Positions 18,288 through 30,410 of a stretch of DNA of 64,000 nucleotides are shown here, in pieces. The translations under genes and the position numbers were made by a program. The notes beneath the pieces were generated by a model that had not been told where the DNA came from, made no database searches, and saw only the letters and a program-made list of their open reading frames with translations. Within the stretch, counting starts at the first letter, position 1; the number at the start of each line of letters is the position of its first letter. Origin of the DNA: an uncultured Actinomycetes bacterium (lineage in GTDB: Bacteria > Actinomycetota > UBA4738 > HRBIN12); the NCBI GenBank assembly GCA_963704885.1, contig CAVPIB010000007.1:128001-192000 (forward strand). The letters run 5' to 3'.

Positions 18288-19895
18288 GTGAAGGTGCAGA
18301 AGAAGGAGGTCCCGAGCCCCGGAGCGGCCCAGGGCCGCCCTCATCGGGTCGCGGGCGCCGCTCTGGGAGTGCTGTCGGGCGCCGCCGCCATCGGGGCTTC
18401 GCAGATCGCGGCGGGCATCGTCGGGGGCACCTCTTCGCCGGTGATCGCGGTCGGGAGCACGGCCATCGACGCCACGCCCGAATGGCTGAAGAGCTTCGCG
18501 ATCCGAACGTTCGGGTCGAAGGACAAGGTCGCTCTGCTGATAGGGATCGGCGTGGTGCTGGTGATCGCGGCCGTGCTCTTGGGGATCGCTTCGATCCGAC
18601 GCCCCCGCGTAGGAGCGATCGGCCTGATCGCCTTCGGGGCCATCGGAGTTCTCGCATCGGTGACACGTCCCTCCGCCGGCCTCGCCGACGCTATCCCCGC
18701 GATCGTGGGAACGGCGGCGGGCCTCTTGGCGTTCCGCTACCTCCTTGGCGCAACCGGTCTTCCTGAGCCAACACCCTCACCGGCTTCCGACGCTGAACCC
18801 GGGGATCGTGTACGCGAACCGGCACCCGACCTCGATCGCCGGCGGTTCCTGCGGGCGGGGATCGTGGTCGCCGGTGCAGCCGCCGTGTCCGGGGCGGTCG
18901 GGCAGTACCTGGTGCGGCGCATGAGCGCGACCGCGTCCCGAGCCGCCGTCCGGATGCCGCATCCGTTCAGCAGCGCGGCGCCGGTACCTCCGGGCGCGGA
19001 TCTGAACATCCGGGGCCTCAGCCCTTTCATCACGCCCAACGACCGCTTCTATCGCGTCGATACCGCGCTCATCGTTCCCGCGGTCGACACCGATGGCTGG
19101 CAGTTGCGGATCCACGGGATGGTCGAGCACGAGATGACCGTGAACTACGAGCAGCTCACCGCGCGGCCCACGATCGAGCGCGACGTCACGCTCGCCTGTG
19201 TCTCCAACGAGGTCGGTGGGGAGTACATCGGCAACGCCCGCTGGGTCGGCGTGCCCCTCGGGCCGCTGCTTGAAGAGGCCGGCGTCCTGCCGGGAGCCGA
19301 TCAGTTGGTCTCGCGTTCGTCCGACGGCTGGACCGCCGGAACGCCGACCGCTGTGGTGATGGACGGGCGGGACGCCATGCTCGCCATCTCCATGAACGGC
19401 GAGCCGCTGCCTCTCGAGCACGGCTTCCCCGTCCGGATGGTCGTCCCCGGCCTGTACGGATACGTGTCGGCCACCAAGTGGCTGGTCGAGCTTGAGCTGA
19501 CCACGTTCGATGCGTTCGATCCCTATTGGATCGGACGAGGCTGGGCGAAGCAGGCGCCGATCAAGACCCAGTCACGGATCGATACCCCGCGATCCTCGGC
19601 GAGGATCCAGCCGGGGGAGGTGGTCGTCGCTGGAGTGGCATGGGCGCAGCACCGCGGGATCGAGGGCGTGGAGGTGAGCCTGGACGACGGTCCGTGGATG
19701 CCCGCGGAGCTAGCCGCGGAGGACACCGTCGATACGTGGCGTCAGTGGATGTATCGGTGGAACGCCACCGTCGGCAACCACCGGTTGTCCGTTCGGGCCA
19801 CCGACGGGACGGGCGTCACTCAACCATCGCGCGAAGTGCCGCCGTTCCCGGACGGAGCGACCGGCAACCACACGATCGTGGTCAACGTCGGCTGA
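18288..19895 (+). CDS. membrane-bound sulfite-oxidase-family molybdopterin oxidoreductase
   Basis: N-terminal TM segments, internal DRRRFLR twin-Arg, TPNDRFYRVD, LACVSN, HGFPVRMVVPGLYGYVSATKW, VRATDG. Confidence 0.9.
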   Translation: MKVQKKEVPSPGAAQGRPHRVAGAALGVLSGAAAIGASQIAAGIVGGTSSPVIAVGSTAIDATPEWLKSFAIRTFGSKDKVALLIGIGVVLVIAAVLLGIASIRRPRVGAIGLIAFGAIGVLASVTRPSAGLADAIPAIVGTAAGLLAFRYLLGATGLPEPTPSPASDAEPGDRVREPAPDLDRRRFLRAGIVVAGAAAVSGAVGQYLVRRMSATASRAAVRMPHPFSSAAPVPPGADLNIRGLSPFITPNDRFYRVDTALIVPAVDTDGWQLRIHGMVEHEMTVNYEQLTARPTIERDVTLACVSNEVGGEYIGNARWVGVPLGPLLEEAGVLPGADQLVSRSSDGWTAGTPTAVVMDGRDAMLAISMNGEPLPLEHGFPVRMVVPGLYGYVSATKWLVELELTTFDAFDPYWIGRGWAKQAPIKTQSRIDTPRSSARIQPGEVVVAGVAWAQHRGIEGVEVSLDDGPWMPAELAAEDTVDTWRQWMYRWNATVGNHRLSVRATDGTGVTQPSREVPPFPDGATGNHTIVVNVG

Positions 19896-19929
19896 GCGAT
19901 CGGCGGTCTGACGACCCCTTGAGCTCCAC

Positions 19930-20135
19930 TCAGTGTTCCTCCCACCCATCGCGGTTCCACCAGTGACGATGCTCCCCGTCGACGTAGCGACGTGATCGCC
20001 GTGCGGCACAGCTTCGTGTCCGCGATCGGGGCCGTGCTCGTGGATCTCCTCTTCGGTTAGTTCCTCTTCCCGCTCGGTCTGGAACTCCTCGGAGAAGTCC
20101 TCGGGGTTCGTCCACATCCCTGGTGGGATCGTCAT
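19930..20135 (-). pseudogene. small acidic/His-rich protein with a 1-nt frameshift
   Basis: MTIPPGMWTNPEDF...HEHGPDRGHEAVPHGDHV then, in another frame, YVDGEHRHWWNRDGWEEH*; adding one A near 19988 restores HGDHVDYV; RBS GGAAGG. Confidence 0.65.
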
Positions 20136-20266
20136 CGCAGTTCCTTCCGCTCGAACACTGTCGCTCAGCCTTGAACGTCCCCGCCGCGCACCGCCCGCCC
20201 CGGGGATCGACACTTGGAGCCTGCCTGCCAAGCTCCATCTACATGACGCGGTCCTCGGGAACCAAC

Positions 20267-20432
20267 ATGCGTGGCTACGAATGGGTGATCGATCCTCGCC
20301 GTGGCCCTTGGCGGCCTGGGCTTGTTCACTGTGTGGTGGGTGCTGCTCGGCGTCATGGTGTGGAGGGTCGCGGTGCTGGGTCTACGCCTTGGCGAACGGA
20401 TGCGAGAGGCTCGTCGAGGCCATCCTCAGTAA
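20267..20432 (+). pseudogene. small membrane protein broken by a GATC duplication
   Basis: Removing one GATC at 20287-20294 gives MRGYEWVILAVALGGLGLFTVWWVLLGVMVWRVAVLGLRLGERMREARRGHPQ*. Confidence 0.45.
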
Positions 20433-20522
20433 CCGACAGCATCCGCGGTAACTAGGGAACGCCGGCTCGATCGGGGAGTGCGCGTACGCCGGATGGACTC
20501 GGCGGCTCCCCCGTTCGGTGGG

Positions 20523-20550
20523 TTGACACCCTCCATCTCGCCCGTAGACT
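20523..20550 (+). promoter_or_regulatory. sigma70-type promoter of the ilv operon (TTGACA-N16-TAGACT)
   Basis: Perfect -35 box and TAnnnT -10 box 9 nt before the leader ATG. Confidence 0.7.
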
Positions 20551-20559
20551 GACTGGACC

Positions 20560-20610
20560 ATGTCGACAAGCAGGCTGTTCGAGCGCAGCGTCCTCGTACT
20601 TATTAGGTAG
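20560..20610 (+). CDS. ilv attenuator leader peptide MSTSRLFERSVLVLIR
   Basis: Run of five Val/Leu/Ile codons (GTC CTC GTA CTT ATT) followed by an intrinsic terminator, upstream of ilvB. Confidence 0.88.
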   Translation: MSTSRLFERSVLVLIR

Positions 20611-20648
20611 GCGCGGGTGGGCCCAAGCGGCCCGCGACCGCGCCGATG

Positions 20649-20673
20649 CCCCTCGCCACGCGAGGGGTTTTTT
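20649..20673 (+). terminator. attenuator terminator
   Basis: CCCCTCGC-CAC-GCGAGGGG followed by TTTTTT. Confidence 0.9.
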
Positions 20674-20740
20674 CTACCCCAGATCCATGGAGAAGCACCA
20701 GGTGAACGGATCGGGAACGGTCCGAGGAGAGGAGGCCACC

Positions 20741-21064
20741 ATGAGGTACGAGTTCGAGCGAGACGGCACCGTGGTCGCGAGCGTCCTGTGGGAAGGCCCC
20801 GGCCAGGTTTCGGTAGAGGCCGCTGAGCCGTCCGTTCGCGCGGTGGTCGACCGCTACCTTTCGTCCGAGGTGGTCTACCTGGGGTCTGGGTTCGACTTCG
20901 GCGAGGAGCAGGAGGACGACGTGTTACAGATGCGCAGGCGCGACTGGACGCCCTGGGAGTTCGAGCGTGCTTGCCGCAACCTGTCGCATCGATTGTCGGC
21001 CACCGTCAAGCGGGTCGAGACTGGTCCGGTCGAGGCGCGCACCGAAGAGGTAGGCACTCGATGA
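20741..21064 (+). CDS. hypothetical protein, first cistron of the ilv-leu operon
   Basis: RBS AGGAGG; MRYEFERDG...[10 protein letters not shown]; ATGA overlap with ilvB. Confidence 0.8.
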   Translation: MRYEFERDGTVVASVLWEGPGQVSVEAAEPSVRAVVDRYLSSEVVYLGSGFDFGEEQEDDVLQMRRRDWTPWEFERACRNLSHRLSATVKRVETGPVEARTEEVGTR

Positions 21065-22809
21065 AGGTCACCGGCGCCCAAGCGCTGTTCAAGTCCCTGG
21101 AAGGGGAGGGCGTCGACATCGTGTTCGGCATCCCTGGCGGCGCCATCCTGCCTGCGTATGACCCTCTCCTCGACTCGAGCGTGCGTCACGTGCTCTGCCG
21201 CCATGAACAGGGCGCCGGCCACGCGGCCGAGGGCTACGCCTGGGCCACGGGCAAGGTCGGCGTGGCCATGGCGACCTCGGGCCCGGGAGGCTGCAACCTG
21301 GTGACCGCGCTCGCCGATGCCAAGATGGATTCGGTGCCGATGGTGGCCATCACCGGGCAGGTCCCCACGCCGGTCGTCGGCAACGACGCTTTCCAGGAGG
21401 CCGATATCACCGGCATCACCATGCCGATCACGAAGCACAACATCCTGGTGACCGACCCCGGCGACGTGGCCGAGTCCATCCGCGAGGCGTTCCACATCGC
21501 GCGCACCGGTCGTCCGGGCCCGGTCCTCGTGGACCTGCCCAAAGACGTCCTGGTGAACGAGACGACCTGGGCTTGGCCCGACTCGGTCAACCTGCCCGGC
21601 TACAAGCCCACCACGAAGGGCAGCCTTAGACAGGTAGCCGCGGCTTCCCGGCTGATCATGAAGGCGAAACGCCCGGTGCTGTACGTGGGCGGCGGCGTGA
21701 TCAAAGCCGAGGCGACCGAGGAGCTGATGAAGCTCGCCACCCTCGCGCAGCTGCCGGTGGTCACGACACTTATGGCCCGCGGTGCGTTCCCCGATTCGCA
21801 CGAGCTCTGCCTGGGGATGCCCGGGATGCACGGCAACTACACGGCCGTGACTGCCATGCAGAAGTCGGACCTGCTGATCGCACTCGGCGCTCGCTTCGAC
21901 GATCGGGTCACCGGCAAGCTGGATGGGTTCGCGCCCGACGCCGCCGTGATCCACGTGGACGTCGACCCCGCCGAGATCGGTAAGAACCGTGCGGTCGACG
22001 TGCCGATCGTGGGTGACTGCAGGGACGTGATCGCCAAGCTCTCGGCGGACCTGACCAAGCGACAGGACGAGGCGGGCGGGGTGCCCGACCGTAGGGCGTG
22101 GTTGGCGCAGCTGGATGAGTGGAAGACCGCGTTCCCGTACCGCTACGACCAGCAGCCGGACGGGCCGTTGAAGCCGCAGTTCTGCATCGAGCGTCTGTAC
22201 GAGGCGGCTGGGAGCGACGCGATCGTCGTTTCCGGCGTCGGTCAACACCAGATGTGGGCATCGCAGTTCTGGCGCTTCGAGCAACCTCGACACTGGATCA
22301 ACTCTGGCGGCCTGGGCACCATGGGGTTCGCGGTGCCTGCCGCCCTAGGCGCGGCGGCCGGCCGGCCGGACAAGCGCGTTATCGCGATCGATGGAGACGG
22401 CTGCTTCCAGATGACGGCTCAAGAGCTCGCGACGTCCACGACCGAGAGCATCCCGTTCGTGACGGCGATCATCAACAACGCGTACCTGGGGATGGTGCGG
22501 CAGTGGCAGGAGCTCTTCTACAAGGAGCGCTACAGCCAGGTCTATCTCTCCTACGACACACCCGACTACGTGAAGCTCGCCGAGGCCTACGGCTGTGTTG
22601 GCCTTCGGGCCGAGCATCCCGACGAGGTCGATACGGTGATCGAGAAGGCGCTGTCGATCACTGACCGCAGCGTGGTGATCGATTTCCGGGTGGATTCGGG
22701 CGAGATGTGTTTCCCTATGGTTCCGGCGGGTGCGTCGAACGACGACATCATCGTTGGTCCCGAGGGTTTGAAGCCGGCTCAAGACCCGGCGGAGGCACCG
22801 ATCGCATGA
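21061..22809 (+). CDS. ilvB: acetolactate synthase large subunit
   Basis: [60 protein letters not shown]. Confidence 0.97.
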   Translation: MKVTGAQALFKSLEGEGVDIVFGIPGGAILPAYDPLLDSSVRHVLCRHEQGAGHAAEGYAWATGKVGVAMATSGPGGCNLVTALADAKMDSVPMVAITGQVPTPVVGNDAFQEADITGITMPITKHNILVTDPGDVAESIREAFHIARTGRPGPVLVDLPKDVLVNETTWAWPDSVNLPGYKPTTKGSLRQVAAASRLIMKAKRPVLYVGGGVIKAEATEELMKLATLAQLPVVTTLMARGAFPDSHELCLGMPGMHGNYTAVTAMQKSDLLIALGARFDDRVTGKLDGFAPDAAVIHVDVDPAEIGKNRAVDVPIVGDCRDVIAKLSADLTKRQDEAGGVPDRRAWLAQLDEWKTAFPYRYDQQPDGPLKPQFCIERLYEAAGSDAIVVSGVGQHQMWASQFWRFEQPRHWINSGGLGTMGFAVPAALGAAAGRPDKRVIAIDGDGCFQMTAQELATSTTESIPFVTAIINNAYLGMVRQWQELFYKERYSQVYLSYDTPDYVKLAEAYGCVGLRAEHPDEVDTVIEKALSITDRSVVIDFRVDSGEMCFPMVPAGASNDDIIVGPEGLKPAQDPAEAPIA

Positions 22810-23366
22810 GTCTCCACACGCTCTCGGTGCTGGTGGAGGACAAGCCGGGCGTCCTGACGCGTGTGGCGGGGCTGTTCGCCGCTCGCGGCTTCAACATCGA
22901 CTCCCTGGCGGTCGGTCCCACGGAACGGCTCGGCCTCTCGCGCATGACGATCGTGGTGAACGTCGAGAACAAGACGCTCGAGCAGATCACCAAGCAGCTG
23001 AACAAGCTGATCCACGTGATCAAGATCCTGGAGCACGAACCGTCCGAGACGGTCGAGCGTGAGCTGATGCTGGTGAAGGTCCGCGCCGAGGGAGAAGCGC
23101 GCGCTCGCGTGCTGGAGTTCTGTCAGGTGTTCCGGGTGCGGGTCTCCGACGCCACGCATCAGACGCTCACGATCGAGGCGACCGGATCGCCCGAAAAGTT
23201 GACGGCGCTGCTCGAACTACTCGGGGACTTCGGGATCGTGGAGTTGGCTCGGACGGGTCGGATCGCCCTCACGCGCGGGGATCGCGGGATCCGAGAGCGC
23301 ACGCTGAAGTCCACGCGCGCGGCCGGCGCCGAGGATCAGCCGGACTGGACCGGCGGCGGGGTGTGA
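22806..23366 (+). CDS. ilvN: acetolactate synthase small subunit
   Basis: [31 protein letters not shown] domain; ERELMLVKV; ELARTG. Confidence 0.96.
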   Translation: MSLHTLSVLVEDKPGVLTRVAGLFAARGFNIDSLAVGPTERLGLSRMTIVVNVENKTLEQITKQLNKLIHVIKILEHEPSETVERELMLVKVRAEGEARARVLEFCQVFRVRVSDATHQTLTIEATGSPEKLTALLELLGDFGIVELARTGRIALTRGDRGIRERTLKSTRAAGAEDQPDWTGGGV

Positions 23367-23371
23367 TTCAT

Positions 23372-23390
23372 CTAGTCTGAGACAGACTAG
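23372..23390. repeat. palindrome CTAGTCTG-N3-CAGACTAG, copy 1
   Basis: CTAGTCTG AGA CAGACTAG; second copy at 40512-40530. Confidence 0.8.
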
Positions 23391-23426
23391 TTCCGGACGG
23401 AGCGGATACGGAAGGACGAATAGACG

Positions 23427-24435
<1,009 letters not shown>

Positions 24436-24443
<8 letters not shown>

Positions 24444-25998
24444 CGGCAACGTAGGTGGCGTAGGCACAGGCAACGACATCCGGATCTTCGACACGACACT
24501 TCGCGATGGGGAACAGGCGCCCGGGATCGCGCTGACGCGCGCCGAGAAGGTCGAGATCGCCGAACAGCTCGCCCGGCTGAACGTGGACATCCTGGAGGCC
24601 GGGTTCCCGGTCTCCTCGGAGGGCGAGTTCGACGCGGTCTCAGAGATCGCGTCCAGCGTGAAGGGACCGGTGATCGCGGCGCTCGCTCGCACGACCACCG
24701 GCGACATCGAGCGGGCGGCGCAGGCGCTCAAAGGAGCAGAACGCTGGCGGATCCACACGTTCATCTCCACCTCGCAGATCCATATGGAGGACATGCTCCG
24801 CATGTCGCACCGGCAGGTGCTGGATGCCATCCGAGACAACGTCAAGCTCGCGGTCAGCTACACGGACGATGTCGAATTCAGCGCGCAGGATGCCACGCGG
24901 ACCGAGCTCGACTTCCTGCTGGAGTGCTTCAAGGTCGCCGTGGAGTGCGGGGCGACCACCATCAACGTTCCGGACACGGTGGGCTACGCCACGCCGACCG
25001 AGTTCGGCGAGCTGGTTCGGGTCGTCCGTGAGGCGACCCCCGACCACGTCGTGATCTCGACGCACTGCCACAACGACCTGGGGTTAGCCGTGGCGAATTC
25101 GCTGGCTGGGATCGAGAACGGCGCCCGCCAGGTGGAGGTCGCCGTGAACGGGATCGGCGAGCGCGCCGGCAACTGCTCGCTCGAGGAGATCGCGATGATC
25201 GTCCGCACGCGGGGGCAAGCGCTCGGCGTGCAGCACGATCTGAACATCAAGGAGATCGTCCGGACCTCTCGGTTGGTCTCGATGACGACCGGCTATAGCG
25301 TTCAGCCGAACAAGGCTGTCGTCGGCGCCAGCGCTTTCGCGCACGAGAGCGGCATCCACCAGCACGGCGTGCTGAGCAACGCGGCGACCTACGAGATCAT
25401 GGATCCGCTCGAGATCGGGTTGGAGGGGAACCGCCTGGTCCTGGGTAAGCACAGCGGGCGGCACGCTTTCGTCGACGCGTTGGGCAAGATCGGTCTCACG
25501 GTCGACGCGGAACTCGTGGATCGAGCGTTCGCGCGCTTCAAGGACCTGGCCGACCGGAAGATCCAGATCACGGATCAGGACCTGGAGGCCATCGTCGGCG
25601 AGGAGCGAGGCGCCGCAGAGGAGGGCGTTCTCGTGCTCGAGTCGCTCCAGGTGGGCGGGGGGACCCATCTCTCGCCCAGCGCGACCGTCCGGCTCCGGCG
25701 CGGCGAGGAGCTGATCGAGGAGTCCGCGTTCGGCGACGGCATGATCGACGCCGCGTGCGGTGCGATCCAGCGTGCCGCGGGTGTGGAGGCGCGCCTCATC
25801 ATGTTCAACGTGTCGTCGGTGACCGGTGGCTCGGACGCGCTGGGCGACGTGGTCGTCCAGCTCGACGTCGACGGGCGCCGGGTGACGGGTCGCGGCGTGT
25901 CGGTCGACGTGGTAGAGGCGAGCGCCCGCGCGTACCTCGCCGCGATCAACCGGGCGCTCCAGGTGTCCAAGGCGCGGGACGACGAGGTCAGGCCGTGA
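24436..25998 (+). CDS. leuA: 2-isopropylmalate synthase
   Basis: [48 protein letters not shown]-terminal regulatory domain. Confidence 0.96.
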
Positions 25999-27050
25999 CC
26001 TACACGATCGGGGTGATCCCCGGCGATGGGACCGGTCCCGAGGTCGTGCGCGAAGGCCTCAAGATCCTGGAGGCCGTCCGGAGCCTGGAGGGATTCGACG
26101 TCGATCTGGTCGAGTTCGACCTGGGCGGCGAGCGGTACCTGCGTACGGGCGACACGCTTCCCGACGACGAGCTCGCCCGGCTACGCCAGATGGACGCCGT
26201 GTTCCTGGGCGCCGTCGGACACCCGGACGTGAAGCCCGGGATCTTGGAGCGCGACCTGTTGCTGCGGGCGCGGTTCGAACTGGACCAGTACGTCAATCTC
26301 CGGCCGGTGATCCGCTACCCCGGTGTGCCGACGCTGGTGCCCTCGCACACAGAGGACGACGTGAACATGGTGGTCGTCCGCGAGAACAGCGAGGGACTGT
26401 ACAGCGGGGCCGGCGGCTTCCATCGCAAGGGCACGCCGCACGAGGTCGCGGTGCAGGAGTCGATCAACACCAGGCACGGAGTGGAGCGGATCGTACGTTA
26501 CGCGTTCGAGCTGGCTATGCGCCCCGACCGACGCCGCGGGCTCACGCTCGTGCACAAGACCAACGTGCTCACCTTCGCCGGCGACCTGTACCAGCGCGTG
26601 GTGGACGAGGTGTCGGTCGAGTACCCGGACGTAACGACCGACTACGCGCACGTCGATGCGGCGTGTATCTACTTCCTGGATCAGCCGAGCCGCTTCGACG
26701 TGATCGTCACCGACAACATGTTCGGCGACATCATCACCGACCTAGGCGCCATGATCCAAGGAGGCATGGGGATCGCGGCCGGCGGGAACATCAACCCTCA
26801 AGGCGTGAGTATGTTCGAGCCGATCGGCGGGACGGCGCCCGACCACGCAGGGATGGCCACGATCAATCCGCTGGCGGCGATCGGGGCGGTGCGGCTGCTC
26901 CTGGCTCAGCTGGGAGAGGCAGGCGCCGCGGAGCGTGTCGATACCGGGATCCGGTTCGCCACGTCGAAGATGTCCTCGATGCGGGCCGGGGAGATGGGTT
27001 ACTCCACGCCGGAGGTCGGCGACCTGGTGGCTGAGGGGGCGACCGCGTGA
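25995..27050 (+). CDS. leuB: 3-isopropylmalate dehydrogenase
   Basis: [49 protein letters not shown]; GTGA coupling. Confidence 0.93.
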   Translation: MTYTIGVIPGDGTGPEVVREGLKILEAVRSLEGFDVDLVEFDLGGERYLRTGDTLPDDELARLRQMDAVFLGAVGHPDVKPGILERDLLLRARFELDQYVNLRPVIRYPGVPTLVPSHTEDDVNMVVVRENSEGLYSGAGGFHRKGTPHEVAVQESINTRHGVERIVRYAFELAMRPDRRRGLTLVHKTNVLTFAGDLYQRVVDEVSVEYPDVTTDYAHVDAACIYFLDQPSRFDVIVTDNMFGDIITDLGAMIQGGMGIAAGGNINPQGVSMFEPIGGTAPDHAGMATINPLAAIGAVRLLLAQLGEAGAAERVDTGIRFATSKMSSMRAGEMGYSTPEVGDLVAEGATA

Positions 27051-28622
27051 AGGTCGAGCTCTACGACACCACATTGCGGGACGGCGCCCAAGGGACCGGG
27101 CTCTCGTTCTCGATCGAGGATCGGTTGCGGATCCTCCACAAGATCGATCAACTCGGCGTGCCGTACATCGAGGGCGGCTGGCCAGGTGCCAACCCGAGGG
27201 ACACCGAGTTCTTCAAGCTGGCGACGAAGGAGACGCTGCAACACTGCGGCGTTGACCTCGTTCGGGATGACCCGCAAGGCGGGGGAACGCGCCGAGGACA
27301 GCGCCGTGCTCCGTGAGCTGCTCGACACCGGCACCGAGGTCGTGTGCCTGGTCGGCAAGTCATGGGACCTTCACGTGATCGAGGCGCTCCGCACGAACCT
27401 CGACGAAGGCGTGGCGATGGTGCGCGACTCGGTGGCCTTCCTGCGCGCGCAGGGGAGGCGTGTGTTCTTCGATGCGGAGCATTTCTTCGATGGATACCGC
27501 AGCGATCCGGTGTTCGCGATGCGGGTGATCGACGCCGCGCAGGAGGCAGGTGCCGAACGGTTGGTGCTCTGCGATACGAACGGGGGGATGCTTCCGTTCG
27601 ACGTGGCTCGGATCGTCGAGGACGTCCGTTCGCAGGTGGAGACACCGCTCGGGATCCACGTCCACAACGACGCCGGGTGCGCGGTAGCCAACTCATTGAT
27701 CGCCGTGGAGCACGGCGTCTTCCAGGTGCAGGGCGTGGTCAACGGGTACGGCGAGCGGACCGGCAACGCCGACCTGATCCCGATCGCCGCCAACCTGGTG
27801 CTGAAGATGGGCGCCGATTGCCTCCCCGAGGGTGCTGTCGAACGGCTGACGGAGGTGGCCCACTACGTCGCCGAGGTCGCGAACGTGACGCCCGATTCGC
27901 ACCAGCCCTACGCAGGCCGCTATGCGTTCACGCACAAGGCCGGGCTGCACGCGAGCGGACTCGCCCGTCTGGAGGAGGCGTACGAGCACGTCCCGCCCGG
28001 GGCGGTCGGTAACCATCGTGGCGTGGTGGCGAGCGACCTCGGCGGCGCAGCCACGCTCCACATGAAGGCCCAGGAGTTCGGTATCGATGTCGCGGACGCC
28101 ACGATCCCTTCCATCCTGAGCGAGCTGAAAGAGCGCGAAGCTCGGGGATATACGTTCGAGGTGGCCGACGCCTCGCTCGAGCTCCTGATGCGCCACGCGA
28201 GCGGCTGGGAGCAGCCGTTCTTCCGGGTCGAGAGCTTCCGGGTGCACGTTGAGCAGCGCATGGATGACGAAGAGCCGGCGCTCGCCGAGGCGACCGTGAA
28301 GGTTGTGACGAACGGGACCCGTCACGTGGAGAGCGCGGAGGGCCAGGGGCCCGTGGGCGCGTTGGACAATGCTTTGCGCAAGGCCCTGTCGAACGAGTAT
28401 CCGCCGCTCGACGACATGACGCTCGAGGACTTCCGGGTCCGTGTGCTGGACGAGACCGTCGGGACGGGCGCCACTGTCCGCGTTCTGATCGACACGTCGA
28501 ACGGCGAGCGCGAATGGACGACTGTTGGAGTCTCCGAGAACATCATCGAGGCCTCCTGGGAGGCTCTCGTGGAGGCCTACCTGTACGGGCTGCTCCATCC
28601 GCGGGAGGATCGCGAGGCGTGA
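27047..28622 (+). CDS. cimA: citramalate synthase, frameshifted (+1 nt at about 27245; possible sequencing error)
   Basis: YDTTLRDGAQG/IEGGWPGANP in one frame, then GKSWDLHV, FDAEHFFDG, HVHND, HKAGLH, WTTVGVSENIIEASW in the next. Confidence 0.9.
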
Positions 28623-29134
28623 GCGTCACGATCCGCGCAGCTGCCCCGAATGATGCGCGCGCGATCGCCGAGGTTCACGTGGCGTCTTGGCAGTGGGCCT
28701 ACAAGGACGACCTCCCTGCCTCTGCTCTCCAAGGTCGAACCGTCGATGACCGTGAGCGTCTGTGGATCGAGTGGTTCTCCTCGTGCGAGACGGCCGCGGA
28801 CGTGCTGGTGGCTGAGGAGGAGGGCCGCATCCTCGGCTTCAGCGGGTTCGGCGTCAGCCGCGACTACGGCGCGACCGAGGCGACCGGCGAGATCCGCACC
28901 ATCTACCTCCTAGAGGAGGCGGCGGGAAGGGGTATCGGCCGCGATCTGTTCGCCCGCGCCAACGAGCGACTGCGCGAACTGGGTTATGAGCGCGCGACCC
29001 TTTGGGTGCTTGAGACGAACGAACGAAGTCGTCGCTTCTACGAGAAGGCCGGCTGGATCTGGGACGGGACCACGAGCGCGCATCAGTTCGATTGCGCCAA
29101 CATGCCGATCGTTCGGTACGCGACCGATCTCTAG
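28619..29134 (+). CDS. GNAT N-acetyltransferase
   Basis: IRAAAPND, GRGIGRDL acetyl-CoA motif, N..SRRFYEKAG; GTGA coupling. Confidence 0.9.
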   Translation: MSVTIRAAAPNDARAIAEVHVASWQWAYKDDLPASALQGRTVDDRERLWIEWFSSCETAADVLVAEEEGRILGFSGFGVSRDYGATEATGEIRTIYLLEEAAGRGIGRDLFARANERLRELGYERATLWVLETNERSRRFYEKAGWIWDGTTSAHQFDCANMPIVRYATDL

Positions 29135-29136
29135 GA

Positions 29137-30372
29137 TCAGCCGGGGGGCCGGGCGCGCTGGCTCACGAGCGTCACGATGGCGTCCTCGATCTGGACGGCC
29201 TCGTCCTTGCTCAGGCCGGAGGACACGATCGAGAACGACACCCAGTCATCCATCCTGGTGGACCAGACCCATCCCGAGAGGGCGGAGATCTCGGAGAGCG
29301 TGCCCGTCTTCGCGCGAAGGCGGAGGTGTCCGAGCCGTCCCTCGAGCGTTCCCTGTCCGCCCGTGGGCAGCGCGAACCGGAGCTTCGGGGCCCAAGGCCG
29401 CTCCTCGACGGCCCACAGGAGCCGGACCATCCCCTTCGTGGTTATCCGGTTGGCGTAGGAGAGACCCGAGCTGTCATGGTGCTCGAAGCCGGGGGCGCCG
29501 TTCGCCGAGGTGAAGGCATCGATCGCCTCGGCGGCCGCGGCTATGGACCCGGTCCCGGACGCCTCGAATCCCAGGAGCTTGCCCAACACTTCGGCGTCGA
29601 AGTTGATCGAGTCGACGTTCATGCGTCTCGTGATCTGGATGAGTTCGGCCGACGACACGGTCGCGATCTTCAGTAGAGGCGCCTTGGGAGTGCCCATCGA
29701 CGGATCGGCGGTCACTTCGATCCCGCGCCGGCGGAGGGCCTTCGTCAGGTACGAGGCAGCGCGCAGCTCGGGGTCGTCGACGTGTCCACCCAGCGGACCG
29801 ACGTTCCCCCGGTATGTGAGCGCGGTGGGGAACGGGACCTCATCGGCCGTGAAGTAGTTCTTCCAGCCCTTGGCCCACCAATCGCGGGCGAAGGGCCCCG
29901 TGTCGCCGACGACCGAGCCGCCTACCTTCGAGATCCCGGCGTTCTCGACCTCCTCCGCCAAGAGGTCGAGCGTCGTGCGGGTCACCTCTGGATCGCCATG
30001 GCCGACCAACCACAGGTCCGCATCCAAGACGCCGTCCACAGGCTCGATGACCGCCATCGCTCGCGTTGCGATCCGTCGATCTGGATCGAGGGCCGCCAGG
30101 AGGGCCATGGAGAGCAGGAGCTTCTCGTTCGAAGCGGGGATCCGAGGCGCCGTTGCTAGATGCCGGTACCAGAACACTCCGTCGTCGCCGATCGAGACGG
30201 AGACCCGCGCGCTACCTACCAGCGCGTCGATCCGGCGCTGCCACCAGGGCTGCACGGTTCGAGCGGCATCCTGGTCGACGCCATGGACCGCGACCTGGGC
30301 ATCAGCGGGCACTCCGGTCAGGGCCAGCGCGAGGAGGATCGAGCAGGCGGTAACCAGGCGTCGGGCACGCAT
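29137..30372 (-). CDS. dacB: D-alanyl-D-alanine carboxypeptidase/endopeptidase (PBP4, S13)
   Basis: Signal peptide; PASNEKL (SxxK), GHGDP, DSINF (SxN), DSSGLS, AKTGTL. Confidence 0.9.
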   Translation of the reverse strand: MRARRLVTACSILLALALTGVPADAQVAVHGVDQDAARTVQPWWQRRIDALVGSARVSVSIGDDGVFWYRHLATAPRIPASNEKLLLSMALLAALDPDRRIATRAMAVIEPVDGVLDADLWLVGHGDPEVTRTTLDLLAEEVENAGISKVGGSVVGDTGPFARDWWAKGWKNYFTADEVPFPTALTYRGNVGPLGGHVDDPELRAASYLTKALRRRGIEVTADPSMGTPKAPLLKIATVSSAELIQITRRMNVDSINFDAEVLGKLLGFEASGTGSIAAAAEAIDAFTSANGAPGFEHHDSSGLSYANRITTKGMVRLLWAVEERPWAPKLRFALPTGGQGTLEGRLGHLRLRAKTGTLSEISALSGWVWSTRMDDWVSFSIVSSGLSKDEAVQIEDAIVTLVSQRARPPG

Positions 30373-30410
30373 GACCGGACGATGGTACGTGGTCGGGAGG
30401 GGCGACACTC

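Noticed and set aside
20875-22293. 472-aa ORF antisense to ilvB (and similar ORFs opposite gdhB and mmpL)
   Set aside because: Shadow ORFs of conserved genes
27230-27260. Programmed frameshift in cimA
   Set aside because: No slippery heptamer or obvious stimulatory structure; a single extra base explains it
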